A stretch of 64,000 bases of DNA from Geosiphon pyriformis uo1 (Eukaryota > Fungi > Glomeromycota): positions 158,125-222,124 of the forward strand of contig JAAOMT010000430.1 in the NCBI GenBank assembly GCA_016748015.1, given 5' to 3'. Shown here one piece after another: positions 52,801 to 64,000 of the stretch. Below the pieces are notes generated by a model. The model searched no databases. It worked only from the letters and a program-made list of their open reading frames with translations, and was not told the origin of the DNA. Every line of letters begins with the position of its first letter. Position 1 is the first letter of the stretch. The position numbers and the translations under genes are program-made.

Positions 52801-53046
52801 TAGAACTCTAACACTAAAACACTTAGCTATCTATTGGGCTGTCATCAAATGGAAAAATACTTGAGTCAAAAGTTTGATGTGTACACTGATCACAAAGGAT
52901 TGACTTCAATCCAGAAACAAAAATTCGGAGACAATCACCATGTCAGATGAAAAATAGAACTTTCACTATTCAATTATACAGTACATTATAAAAAGAGAAA
53001 AGACAATGAAAATGCTAATAGATTGTTGCAAATGAGACAAATCTAA
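46895..53046 (+). pseudogene. Element D gag-pol (GTG start; capsid, PR, Cys-rich domain, dUTPase, RT, RNase H)
   Basis: ORF fragments 46895-52864 are colinear with element A; RT YLDN (from YLDD); stop TAA at 53044-53046. Confidence 0.9.
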
Positions 53047-53075
53047 AACATTTCAACTCAAAAATATAACAAAAA

Positions 53076-54456
53076 ATGAATATACAAAAATACCAACAAC
53101 TACAACATTATATAAATACTTAATTGTTCAAGAAAAAATTATCTCAAAAGAAACAAAAAGACATAAAACAACAATTTAAATATTTTATCAACCATCAAAA
53201 TATACTTTACTGAAAGAACAAAAAAAATCCAGATCAACCAACCAGAGTAATTACAGAATCAGAAAAGGAGACAATATTATTCAATATGCACTCAGATCTA
53301 ACAACAGGATATTTTCATAAAGAAGCAACCATTAAAAAAACCAGAAAAAGATACTATTGGCCATCAATGTATCCAGACATTATCCAATACATTCAAAATT
53401 GTGATGCTTGTCAAAGAAGAGGTGGAACAAAACCCAATGAACCATTAAAACCAATCAAAGTGGAACAACTATTTGATCAAATTAGAATTGATCTAGTCGG
53501 ACCATTAACAATAACCAACAGAGACAACAGATACATTGCAGTAGTCATAGACTATCTGACAAAATGACCAGAAGCAAAAGCAATTCAAAGAGCAGATACA
53601 GAATTTATTGCCAAATTTGTTCATTAAAATTTGATTTATTAACATGGATGTCCAAAATAACTATTATCAGATCAAGGAACTTACTTTATGAATAGAACAT
53701 TGACAGAATTAAGTCAAAGATTTGGAATCAAAAGACCATTGTCATCACCATATCATCCACAAATTAATGGATTAGTAGAAAGATTCAATAGAACACTGTA
53801 TGAAGCAATTGTTAAGATTAGTCAAGAAAACCAGGATGAATAGAATTTGTTTATACCATCAGTATTATTTGCTTATTGGACAATGAAGCAAGACATTACA
53901 CAAGCAACACTATTTGAATTAGTATACAATAGAACAGCAACATTACCAGTTGAGATAGAAGTCAATATTTATCCAGTAGAACCAATAACTGAAGATAATT
54001 CAAGAAACGTTGCTAAGAAAAACATATGACTTGATGGAAACTTTAAAAAACAAGTGACAAAGAGCAGCTGATAATATTCAAAAGTCACAAGAAAAACAAA
54101 AAAAAAGACATGATAACCAACTACTAGATAAACCAGTTGAATTTAAGATTGGAGACAAAATACTTTTACATCGCACCAAAGCGGAAAAACAATAGAGTGA
54201 AAAATTCAACCCCAAATGAAACAGACCATTTCACATAGAAGAAATTCTTAGAAATGAAGCTTATAAATTAAGATGGAACAATAAAATCTTAGCCAAAGCA
54301 GCATATGGTGATCAACTGAAACAATATCACCAGATAACATTATCATTCACCAATAACATTTGACAACTGGAAGTACAAAGAATACTAGTTCAACCAAATG
54401 AGATTCCATAAGATCTGGAACCAATTATAATTATTGGACCAAACACATCAAATTAA
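53076..54456 (+). pseudogene. Element D integrase, separate ORF
   Basis: ATG 53076 is in frame with ORF 53286 (MHSD..CDAC, IDLVGP); SDQG, NGLVERFN and a GPF-like motif follow. Confidence 0.88.
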
Positions 54457-54515
54457 ATAACTAAAAGAGTATATAAAAACACAGTACATACAACAAAAGC
54501 AACCAAGAAAAAAAA

Positions 54516-55152
54516 ATGGAAATACCAGATTATATTCACATTATAGCTCAACAACTGTTCCAGAGCTTAAGTCAACAATAGTTAAACATGGAAATTGTTA
54601 TTAACAAACAAATAATTTGCTATCGAAACACCCAAAGAAAGACAAAGAATATATCATACCAGCAACCACCAAAGAACAATAAAAACTAGACAGATAACTT
54701 AATAGAAAAAGTAAAGAACACTTTTGAGAAAATACCTGTTATGACACCAACAGAAGAGCTTATAAAAGAAAATTGAAAGCAATGAACAGAATGACTTCCA
54801 ATATCATATTGCTACTATTAATTAGATCAAAAGTTGAATATTCAGGAATTGTATATCGACAAATCCAAGAAAATATTCAACCAAGACATAATACAACAAA
54901 TTGAAGAATTTATCAGAAAGAAAACAAATTCAACACTACATGTTAAAACAATTGTACTAACTACACAACATATTTCGGAACTATCCAGAAATACTGTTAC
55001 ACTCTAACATGAAAACCATAACCATTAACCAATAGAAAAGAATGAACAATATACAAGTAGAAAACATGAGAAACAGAGTCGAACAAACAATACTTGAAAA
55101 AGAAGTATTAGAATTAATTCAAAACAAAAATTTCAATGGAGCTCAATATTAA
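54516..55152 (+). pseudogene. Element D ORF3 (~210 aa, unknown function)
   Basis: MEIPDYIHIIAQQLFQSL...LPISYCYY...NFNGAQY*, with the stop abutting the PPT. Confidence 0.75.
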
Positions 55153-57696
55153 AAAGAAGGAGATAATGTTACTCATAGAAAAAGAAAACAAATATAGAAA
55201 AATAGTAAACCAATAAGAGAGTAGTAGTTAGCACATGAGCACATTGCTCAGCAATGTGGAGCAATGTCAAAAATTATGGCATATTGCTTAACAATATGGA
55301 GCAATGTCAGAAATCACAGCACATCATTTAGTAATATGGAGCAATGTCAAAAAAATATGGCATATTGCTCAGCAATGTAAGCATTGTTTGAAGAATTATA
55401 GCACATCACTTGAAAATGTGAGCGATCTTATAGAACCCAAATTATGTATATATAGTGGTAGCATTAGAAGTAAAAAAGACAGACCTCTTAGTTTAGATTT
55501 GATCTAAGCAACCTTCTATTCACAAATATCAATAAATAATTATTCACTATCTTAATCCACTTTCTACTATCAATACTTCATGTTGATAGTAATTGATACT
55601 TAACTACACTGGAACAATAGCTCTTAATCATGGCTATTGATGGAATACTAACTTGTAATTGCTTTCATTTATTTCCTTATTTTCTTTTATTTTCTTTTAT
55701 TTCTTTTGTTATTTCTTTGGTTTTACTAAATTGATTAAAGATTAAGCACTAAGATACAGACATCATAGAGACTGGTAAAAGACCTAAAAAACAAGAATAG
55801 AACACTCATAGATTTGAGAATAGCTTACCAGGAGGATAACTGGCCATCATGCTGAGAAAAAAATTCGATGAAATTGTGATTCTGAAAGGCTACTGAAACA
55901 ACTATTAAATCTCTGTCCATTATACAAAAAACTCCACAACAAAACCTTCAAATATCAACACCAGAATACCAACCAAGCACCAAGTTATGGATTTGTTATT
56001 TGACTTGAGACCCCAAATAATTATCTATAACACTGCTATATATACATAATTGAAATTTCTCAATTCCTTGATTTTTTACACCAGAAATCTTGAAATTTCT
56101 GGAATTCTGCAATTCTTCTTGAGAGAAATTCTGGAATTCTGTAATTTTTTATATGAGAATTCTGAAATTTCTGGAATCTTGCAATTTCTCTAAGAAAAAT
56201 TCTGGAATTTTATATTTACTATGGCTACTTCTGATTGGCTAATTTATATGCTAATATACTTCTTATATTCTATGAGTAATATTATTCTCTTCTTTTTAAT
56301 ATTGAGCTCTATTGAGATCTCCTAATTCTAATTCTCTGTCTTTGAGTATTTTTTGAACTTTTTTTTTGAGAATTACTTGAGTTATCTTGTTTTGTAATTC
56401 TTCAAATTGAGCATTGGTTATTTTTCTTATTTAGTTAACAATAATAGTGTCTATTGCTGAATTAAGTAAGATTTTTGGCCTTTTTTTGAAATTTGACTTG
56501 TAATTGATAGATAACTTATGCTTGTGTAGTTATATTGTTCTTTTTTACAAATTGTTTAAGTTGTTGTAATATTTTTGTGTTGAATAATCACTTTGTTTTA
56601 TCTGATATAAGTTTTGAATATTCAAGTATTGTCCCAAGTGAAAGTAACAAAAGTTTCTTGGAAATTGCTGTGTCCACCAATTCCATGTTTCTATCATCAA
56701 CTCTAGATATTGGGTGACTTTTGGCTGTACCTCTATTACCAATTTTACCTTGGTGATTATTTTTCCAATAGTGTTTTCTGTTTTTCTCTGTATTTTATCT
56801 TGTGGTTTTTTTTTGGTGTTTTTGTATCTAATGGTCTATTGATTAATTGTAATTTCCATTTCTTGTTGTTGGAGTTTGAATCAGGATTGAACTGTAATTC
56901 CGATTCCAATACACAGCTGCTGATTGGTTTGTCTTCCTCTGGAATCATGTAGATCATGCATGATAGTAGATTGTAAATAAAGTCACACTCATTACAATAT
57001 TGAAAGTCATAAAAAATCAAACAATGGTTACATAGTCATGTATTTATTTCTTCCAACTGTTGTTCTTGTTTTTCTCAAGTGGGTGCTAGTTCTTGGTAGT
57101 GTTCATGAAATTGTTTTGGGTCTATAGGTTCTAAAACAATATTTGAATTTAGGCTTCAGTTAAGTTCTATGGATTCTGGTAGATTGTTTTTGATCATTCT
57201 TATTTCTTCTGGTGATGCTTCTTTAATTTTGGTGAGTGTTATTTGCCAGATTTCATTATTATCATGTAGACAACTGTCCAGACATTTTACTGCTTTTCTT
57301 TAAACAGCTTCTATGGAAGTTTTTTTTTTTATCCAATTACTAATTAGAATCATGTATTGGCACAATTCATCACAAGTTCTTCCTCATTCAGAAATGTTGT
57401 TCCACATTCATTCATCCAACAGAGTTTTTCTACAAATGAGACAAAATTTATTGTCCTATTACCTTGTTATTTTGGTTATCCAAAGTGTTTTAGTATGCAT
57501 AGACAGCAGTAGAATTTGGTTGCTATAGAGTATTCCTTATTGTCATTACAGCACACATTTATTGATATATACTAGTTTTAGTTGGTAATAATTAGTTGGT
57601 TGGAGTAGGGTATAGGTGTATAGACTATAAGTGGCAGTGGTAATTGGTATTGGCTCCTCTTTTTTCTTTTTTTTTCTTTTGTTATTTTTTCTCCAT

Positions 57697-58350
57697 TGTT
57701 ACAGATGATTATTTGGGGTCTTAAATCAAATAACAAACCCATAACTTGGTGCTCAATTAATAATGTGGTTGGTAATATCTAAAGGTGTTGTTTATCTGAA
57801 GGTTTTGTTGTGGAGTCCTTTGTATAATGGATAGAAATTCAATTGTTGTCTTTCTAGTAGCCTCCCAGAATTGCAATTCCATCAAATTTTTTTCTTAGTA
57901 TGGTGGCCAATAATTTGGTAGAGATGCTCTTCTGATAAGCCAAGGCAATGAATATTAGTATCCTGTTAATAGCTGTAATCAAGAGCTATTGTTCTAGTAT
58001 GGTCAAGTATCAATTACTATCAACATGAAGTGTTGATAGTGAAGAGTGAATTAAAATAGTGAATAATTATTTATTGATATTTGTGAATGGAAAGTTGCTT
58101 ATATCAAATCTAAACTTAAGAGGTCTCTAATTAAAAGATTCTGTCTCTTTCTGCTTCTAATACTACTGTTATATATACATAATTGAGATTTCTCAATTCC
58201 TTAATTTTTCACACCAAAAATTCTGGAATTCTGCAATTTTTTGTACAAGAATCCTAAAATTCTTGGAATCCTGCAATTCCATATTTACTACAGCTACCTC
58301 TGATTGGCTAATTTATATTCTAATATACTCCCTATATTTGATGAGTAACA
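57697..58350 (-). mobile_element. Solo LTR E (C/D-related), inserted in the interior of C
   Basis: TGTTAC..GTAACA, 654 bp; flanks CCAT/CCAC; the coding sequence of C is continuous across it; no PBS or PPT adjacent. Confidence 0.88.
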
Positions 58351-61320
58351 CCACTTCCAAATTGGTGTTAGCTCAGTGCTATTATCATTAGTCCACCATG
58401 TTTGGTCAGTATTTTTGGTAAGTTTTTCTTTTTGCTTTCTCTTTTTATTGTTATTCCAGAATAGTATTGGTAGTAGTTTGTTGTAATTGTTGTTGGCCCA
58501 GAAAATTTGATAGGCTTTTTAGGTAGGTTTTTTTTTTTGTTATTGAACTCAATTAGAGATGCTAATGGTATAGTAATAGGCTTAAAGTGGCCATACATGG
58601 CTGATACACATGTGTGTTGACTGTTCTGGCTAAGTTAAAGCTCTTACATAGACCAATTAAGCATTGTATTGATTTTGGACAACCAGTAATTGCCAATAAG
58701 TACTTGGTATTGAGTGGCTTCCATGACTAATATCTTGATTGGTATAATAATGCCATTGACTTCTATGAGGAGATCATCAATTTTACCAATTAACATTTTG
58801 GTCACTTCATCAGCTGTTATGATTTTGGTGCTGGCAGCATGATTAACTCGGCAACCTGATTGGTTTATGAGTTGTTATGTAATAATGCTGTCTGCTGACT
58901 TGCTATCTAATATGAGTTTGATAAAGTAATTATTAACTTTAGCATTAGTGTACATGACAGTGATTGGTTTTTCTTTAAGTGTGACTTCACTGAACAAGGG
59001 CATGAATGACAGTTCTTTGAATTCGAATAGGAAAATTGCTGCTAGTGATTCATAATTGATAATGATGACTAGAAGTATGTTGCTGGTAAGTGGTTGTGTT
59101 TGATTGAATTCTTGATGGTTGGTTGAAGTGTCTTCTGGGTTTATTAGGAAACTTAAATAGTGTTAGAAATTTAGGTTTTAGGTGTACCTAGTGCTTGAAT
59201 TTTGCTGATAAGATCCTGATTGTTGAATTGATAAACTGGGGATTAGTAAGTGGACTACTATTGCCAATCTCCAGTTTTGTTGTATTATTCTCAGCCTTTG
59301 GGTTTCTGTTTAGGTTAAGTTTTGTGGCAGTATTTGAATTGTTTGGGGTTGATATATTACTTGTGACTGTGGCTGATAAATAACTGGTGTTGTTAGTTAA
59401 TGAATTGGAACTTGATATACTGGCAGTTGATAAATTGGCTGTTGTGTCATTTAGGTGTAATAAGATGAATATTGATTCTGATTTGGGTATTGATTTGGAG
59501 TTTGAAACCTGCAATTGGAATTTTGATATTGGTTTTTTGATTGTGAGGTATTATTATAAAAATGACAGTCAATTTTCAAATGGTCTTGTTTACCATAGTT
59601 GTGGCAAATACACATCTCTTGTTGCCATGGCTAATTAAATGATAATAAAAAACGTGACTAATTTTGAGAGCAATTCACATTTTCAGAATTATGGTATTAT
59701 TGGGGTGGCTGATAGATTGCATGATTGTCAGTTAAGTATTCTTCTAGTTTCTGATTAATTGAATTACTAAATTGTTTCAATTTGGAATCCAAGTCAGATA
59801 ATCTATTCATAACTAGATTTATGGCTAGAGTGTAGTTAGCCTCTAATTTAATGGCTTCAAAATCTCTAGCATTGGTGACTGTAGCTTGCAAGTTGGCTGG
59901 ATGTAGTGGATATATGTGTTGCAGGATACTGCTGCATAATCCACAAATAAATTGATTTAGGATTTGAGCCACTGTAAAATAATTGGCATCAATTACTTGT
60001 ATCTGGCACAAATTCTTATAGAAGCATCCCAAATAAGTAGTAACAGCTTCAGTTTCTCTTTGTTTTATGATGGTAAAGGTATTGGCTAACCAGTTGATGC
60101 TGTTATTGTTGCTGAAGTATCATAGAAAATCAAGCTTGAAGGCATTAAAATCTTGAGGTTTGTTAACCAAGCTTTGATACCAAAAGTCGGTGGTATCTTG
60201 GAAAAAATAAGAAATTGCTTGTATGACTCTAACATTATTCCATTTATTGGCTGTAATGGCTTTTTTCATATTGTTTAGTCACACTTGGGTGTCATCCTCT
60301 TCACTGGTGAATTTTTTGAGTTTTGCTATTGGGGCATAGGCTATTGGATCCAAGTTTGGTTGTTGCAGTTATTGAAGAAGTAATTGCTAAGATAGTATTA
60401 GTGGCTGTTAAAGTTGTTTAACAATTAGATCAATTGGTTGTTGATTGATAACAATTTCTGAAGGTAAGTTTTGCTAATTAATTAACTTGGAGTTTAGATT
60501 ATTCAGAGTTTGCTAGGTTTTAATATTTGGAGTTTTAATTTTCAGATTTTCTAGGATTGGGTTTTGGTAATTAAATTCCTGATCCTCTTCTTTTTCTTCT
60601 TTTGAGGCTATTATCTCCCAAAGACTTGCAATTTTGAAGTCTGGTAGAGGTGGTGGTAATCAAAATTCTGATAGTGTTGGCAATCATGATTTAAATTCTT
60701 CAAAGTAATTGCCATAAGTTCCCAATAATTCTGCTTTCTTTTGTTTACTTTGAAATAGGAGTTGTCTAAATATTGATGTCATATTTGATGTGGACATGCC
60801 TGTTAATATAATATTGATAATACTTCTGAGTGTGTGATAATATAACAGATATAGTGGAGATTCAATTCTTTGTTTCTTCCATATTGGTAATTGTATTTCT
60901 CTTGGTGTTGTTGCTGACATTTGCAATTTTTCTTTGCCTTTATTTGCATAGATAATTGGGTATTTTTTCTGAGTATGATTTTTAATTTCTCTGTTGATCT
61001 TAGTAAGGATTGCTGTAAAATTATGATTTACTGGTAGGCTAGTGTTTTGAATTAACTCATTGTAGAAATTTCTTCTTGCTGAGTCAGTTTCTACTAGTAC
61101 TCCTAGCAAATAGGAAATTCTCTCATTGATGTAGAAGTTGAAGACTGATTCTGCTGATAGGTGATTGCTGGTTAATTCCAAGTATTAACAGTAATGTTGA
61201 AATAAGGATTTAACAAATCCTAAATGGTTTGTTCTAATTCTTTCTGGTTCTGCCACTTTTGCCTTAGTTGTTTGTTGGTGTTGGTTCTCTGTAAAATTAT
61301 ACTTTACAGGGAGCACCAAA

Positions 61321-62168
61321 TGTTACAAGTGATTATTTGGGGTCTCAAAGCAAATAACAAACTCATAACTTGGTGCTCAATAACTAATATGGTTGGTATT
61401 ATCTGAAGGTTTTGGTTATCTGAAGGTTTTGATTGAGTCTTTTGTATAATGAACAGAAATCTTAATTGATAGTTTTATTTATAGCTTTCCGAAACCACAG
61501 TTTTGTTAATTTTTTTCTCAGCATGATGGCCAGTAATTCTCTTGATAAGATATTTTCAATTCTAAGTGTCTACCCTTATTTCTGAGTCTTTTACCAATGC
61601 TATATCCTGACATTAGTACTTCTGTATGTAATCTTTTTAATCAAGTTAGCAAAAATAACAATGAAATAAAACAAGAAAAGAAAAAGAAATAAAAAGTAAA
61701 CCAAGGCAATTTACATGTTAATATCTCGTCAATAGCCATAATTAAGAGCTATTGTTTCTATATAGTTAAATATCAATTACTATTAACATAAAGTGTTGAT
61801 AATGAAGAATAGATTAAGATGGTAAATAATTATTTATTGATATTTATAAATAAAAGGGTTGTTTAGATCAAATCTAAATTAAGAGGTTCTTTTTTTCTAC
61901 TTCTAATGTTACCACTATATATACATAATTAAGATTCCTTAATTCCTTGATTCTTTACACCAGGAATTCTGCAATTCTTGGAATCTTGCAATTTCTTTTA
62001 AAAAAAATTCTGCAATTCTGCAATTCTGCAATTCTTTATATGAAAATTTTAAAATTTCTGGAATTCTGCAATTCCTCTAAAAAGAATCTTGGAATTCTAT
62101 TTTTACTATGGCTACTTTTAATTAGCTAATTTATATGCTAATATACTTCCTATATTCTATAAGTAACA
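61321..62168 (-). repeat. 5' LTR of element C
   Basis: TGTTAC..GTAACA; matches 45412-45995 + 56033-56281. Confidence 0.92.
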
Positions 62169-62490
62169 TCACTAACACTACTCTCAATACTGCTAATTTT
62201 GCTTTTTCAGTACACTACAGGTTTGCCATCAGTAGACAAGTTAACAATACCAATGATAATAGGCTTCTTAGGCTTTTTGTAAGATGTACTATAAGAGTAG
62301 ACATTATCCATGCATTTTTTTTTAGTATTTAAACAAGTCCCCAAATCTATTAAACCAGTATCAAAACCACCAGCAGATGTGCCAGCTAGTTTTATCATGA
62401 CAAAAATAGGAGTACTTGAAGAAATAACTGATGGAAACAATGAGAAATTGAGAAAAAAAAAGCTATAATCTCAAAAAATCTTTTAGTCTT
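62169..62490 (-). mobile_element. Same LINE, 5' UTR and ORF1 N-terminus
   Basis: ORF 62207-62440 and ...IESSVS at 62169 continue as GLLNLENIKNMVVEETSY at 45411 once element C is removed. Confidence 0.8.
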
Positions 62491-63029
62491 GTTATGGCCA
62501 GAAGATTAATGAGAGAAAAATTATTTTTTTAAATTTAACTGTTTTAAAAATTGACATTTTATATAAATATTATTACTATTACAAATCTTAAAATTAAAAA
62601 TTTTTATTTTTAGATTATAAAATATTACTATTTTTTTTTAAGTCTTTTTTAAGTCAGTTAATACCTTTAAAACTTTTGTTTTATTTTTTGTTTATATAAA
62701 ATTTTATACTAAAGCTTTTGTTTTTTTGGCTTTTATTATTATTATATTTTTAACTAGTTTTTTTGTTTAATTTTAGTCTAAATTTTTTGAAATTTTAAAT
62801 CTTTAATTTGATTGGTTTAATTAAGTTTGTTATTAAATTAATTAATTTTTTAATCACTTTAATTATTTTTTTTGATTAAAAATATGCACAAAAATTTTAA
62901 GATAAAAAAATTTAGTTATTATAAAATATATTACTAAATATTTTGTTGGTTTTTTGGCTAATTTATTTAAAAACTTTAATAATCTTAAAATTAAGATAAA
63001 TTTTGATAACATAATAATAATAAGTATAA

Positions 63030-63665
63030 AAAAACTTCTTTTTCTCATTCATCCCAAATTTCCAGAAAGAGTCAAAAGTTGTTTTTTTGAAAAACCATTT
63101 TTTAATTTTGAGGCCACCATTGGCTCTAGTGTTGCTGTCATAAAGAAGATTGCTAAAAAGTCTGATTCTGGTGGTGGTTTCAAGCCTGTTTTGTCAAGAA
63201 AGAAGGTGTTGCTTTGGAAGAAAGTTTAAGTGTTGGTGGCAAAGAAGTTCTGACTATGGAGTCTGATGGTCATTCCTAGAGTTCCAAGACTAGTGACACT
63301 ACTGAGTTTTAGAGTATCGATATAGAAGAGAAGTGTCTAATGAAAGAAACTAGTTTTGACTATAGTGAGAGTGGCACTATTGCTGACGAAGAGCATGATC
63401 AAATGCCAAAAAAGCCAAATGTTAGAACTAAGAAGACTTTGGACAAGCCACTAGGAAAGATAAACTTTTCAAGTCTTGATGTTGATGATGATGATAATTT
63501 CTTAGATGTCCTCTTAGAACTTCTCTCTCCTTTGAAAAATTTGGTTCCTGTTTCGGTTAGGAAGTCTTTTGTTTTGGATATCAGATTGGATAAAGTAGTT
63601 GAAAAATCCTCTCAAGAGAAGCTCATAGTAGTTAGGCAGTTATTTTTGAAAGTCAATGGTTTTGG
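63030..63665 (+). mobile_element. LINE 5' UTR and ORF1 N-terminus, truncated by the telomere
   Basis: ORF 63340-63669 (ETSFDY..KPLGKINF..SVRKSFVLDI..LFLKVNGFG) is homologous to ORF1 at 45030-45400 and 16320-16600. Confidence 0.85.
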
Positions 63666-64000
63666 TTAGGGATAGGGATAGGGTTAGGGTTAGGATTAGG
63701 GATAGGGTTAGGGATAGGGTTAGGGTTAGGGTTAGGGTTAGGGTTAGGGTTAGGGTTAGGGTTAGGGTTAGGGTTAGGGTTAGGGTTAGGGTTAGGGTTA
63801 GGGTTAGGGTTAGGGTTAGGGTTAGGGTTAGGGTTAGGGTTAGGGTTAGGGTTAGGGTTAGGGTTAGGGTTAGGGTTAGGGTTAGGGTTAGGGTTAGGGT
63901 TAGGGTTAGGGTTAGGGTTAGGGTTAGGGTTAGGGTTAGGGATAGGGATAGGGATAGGGATAGGGATAGGGTTAGGGTTAGGGTTAGGGTTAGGGTTAGA
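63666..64000 (+). repeat. Telomeric repeat array (TTAGGG)n, ~56 units, with ATAGGG variants
   Basis: Read directly; the G-rich strand runs 5'->3' toward the window end, as expected for a chromosome terminus. Confidence 0.98.

Larger units (their letters stand above)
45996..56032 (+). mobile_element. Gypsy element D, full length and gap-free, decayed, inserted antisense in the 3' LTR of C
   Basis: LTRs 45996-46832 and 55167-56032; perfect TSD CTGC; PBS TTTGGTGCTCCCTGTAAG; PPT AAAAAGAAGGAGATAA; gag-pol 46895-53046; integrase 53076-54456; ORF3 54516-55152. Confidence 0.95.
45412..62168 (-). mobile_element. Gypsy element C, internally deleted (no dUTPase, RT, RNase H or integrase), hosting D and E
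   Basis: 5' LTR 61321-62168; 3' LTR 45412-45995 + 56033-56281 (split by D). PBS TTTGGTGCTCCCTGTAAAG. Gag from GTG 61256, PR ~58900, Cys-rich region 56950-57600 fused to ORF3 at ~56865. Flanks CCAT/TCAC (decayed TSD). Confidence 0.9.

Noticed and set aside
54290-54456. Chromodomain at the integrase C-terminus
   Set aside because: The tail after the GPY/F region is short and lacks the aromatic-cage and (Y/F)LVKW pattern in A, B and D.
55225-55420. Regularly spaced palindromic repeats resembling a CRISPR array
   Set aside because: They are LTR U3 tandem repeats present in both LTRs, with no unique spacers, no cas genes and a eukaryotic context.
59188-59514. S/T/N-rich ORF (and similar ORFs at 48782-48994 and 32207-32671) suggesting extra genes
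   Set aside because: These are alternative-frame or antisense readings of the Q/P/Y-rich gag linker.
63030-63665. Telomere-specific retrotransposon (TRAS/SART/HeT-A/MoTeR-like)
   Set aside because: The junction is in mid-ORF1 rather than at an element end, there are no telomeric repeats on the proximal side, and relatives lie at ordinary internal sites.

Overview
This window is a eukaryotic chromosome end. It is very AT-rich, contains spliceosomal introns and ends in a TTAGGG telomere array at 63666-64000. The repeat proteins and gene style suggest an arbuscular-mycorrhizal-type fungus (Glomeromycotina, Geosiphon-like); this is an inference and was not checked. About 90% of the window is retroelement DNA that resolves into nested insertions. 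One formerly full-length LINE on the minus strand (18050-62490) is split by two Ty3/Gypsy elements, B (23409-44248) and C (45412-62168). These in turn contain younger elements A (29833-40515), D (45996-56032) and a solo LTR E (57697-58350). Further LINE and Gypsy relics lie at 1-6800 and 10440-16985, and a LINE 5' half is cut inside ORF1 and joined directly to the telomere. The only intact-looking host gene is a 3-exon Crinkler-type gene (coiled coil + PD-(D/E)xK nuclease + kinase) at 7902-9858. All repeats show an age-graded C>T/G>A erosion. Comparing the diverged Gypsy copies reveals an unusual shared architecture: a GUG-initiated single Gag-PR-(Cys-rich domain)-dUTPase-RT-RNaseH ORF, an integrase encoded as a separate ATG-initiated ORF behind a conserved stop, and a conserved non-env ~210-aa third ORF ending at the polypurine tract. 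Several 20-N gaps are flanked by duplicated or mis-ordered sequence, which are assembly artefacts.
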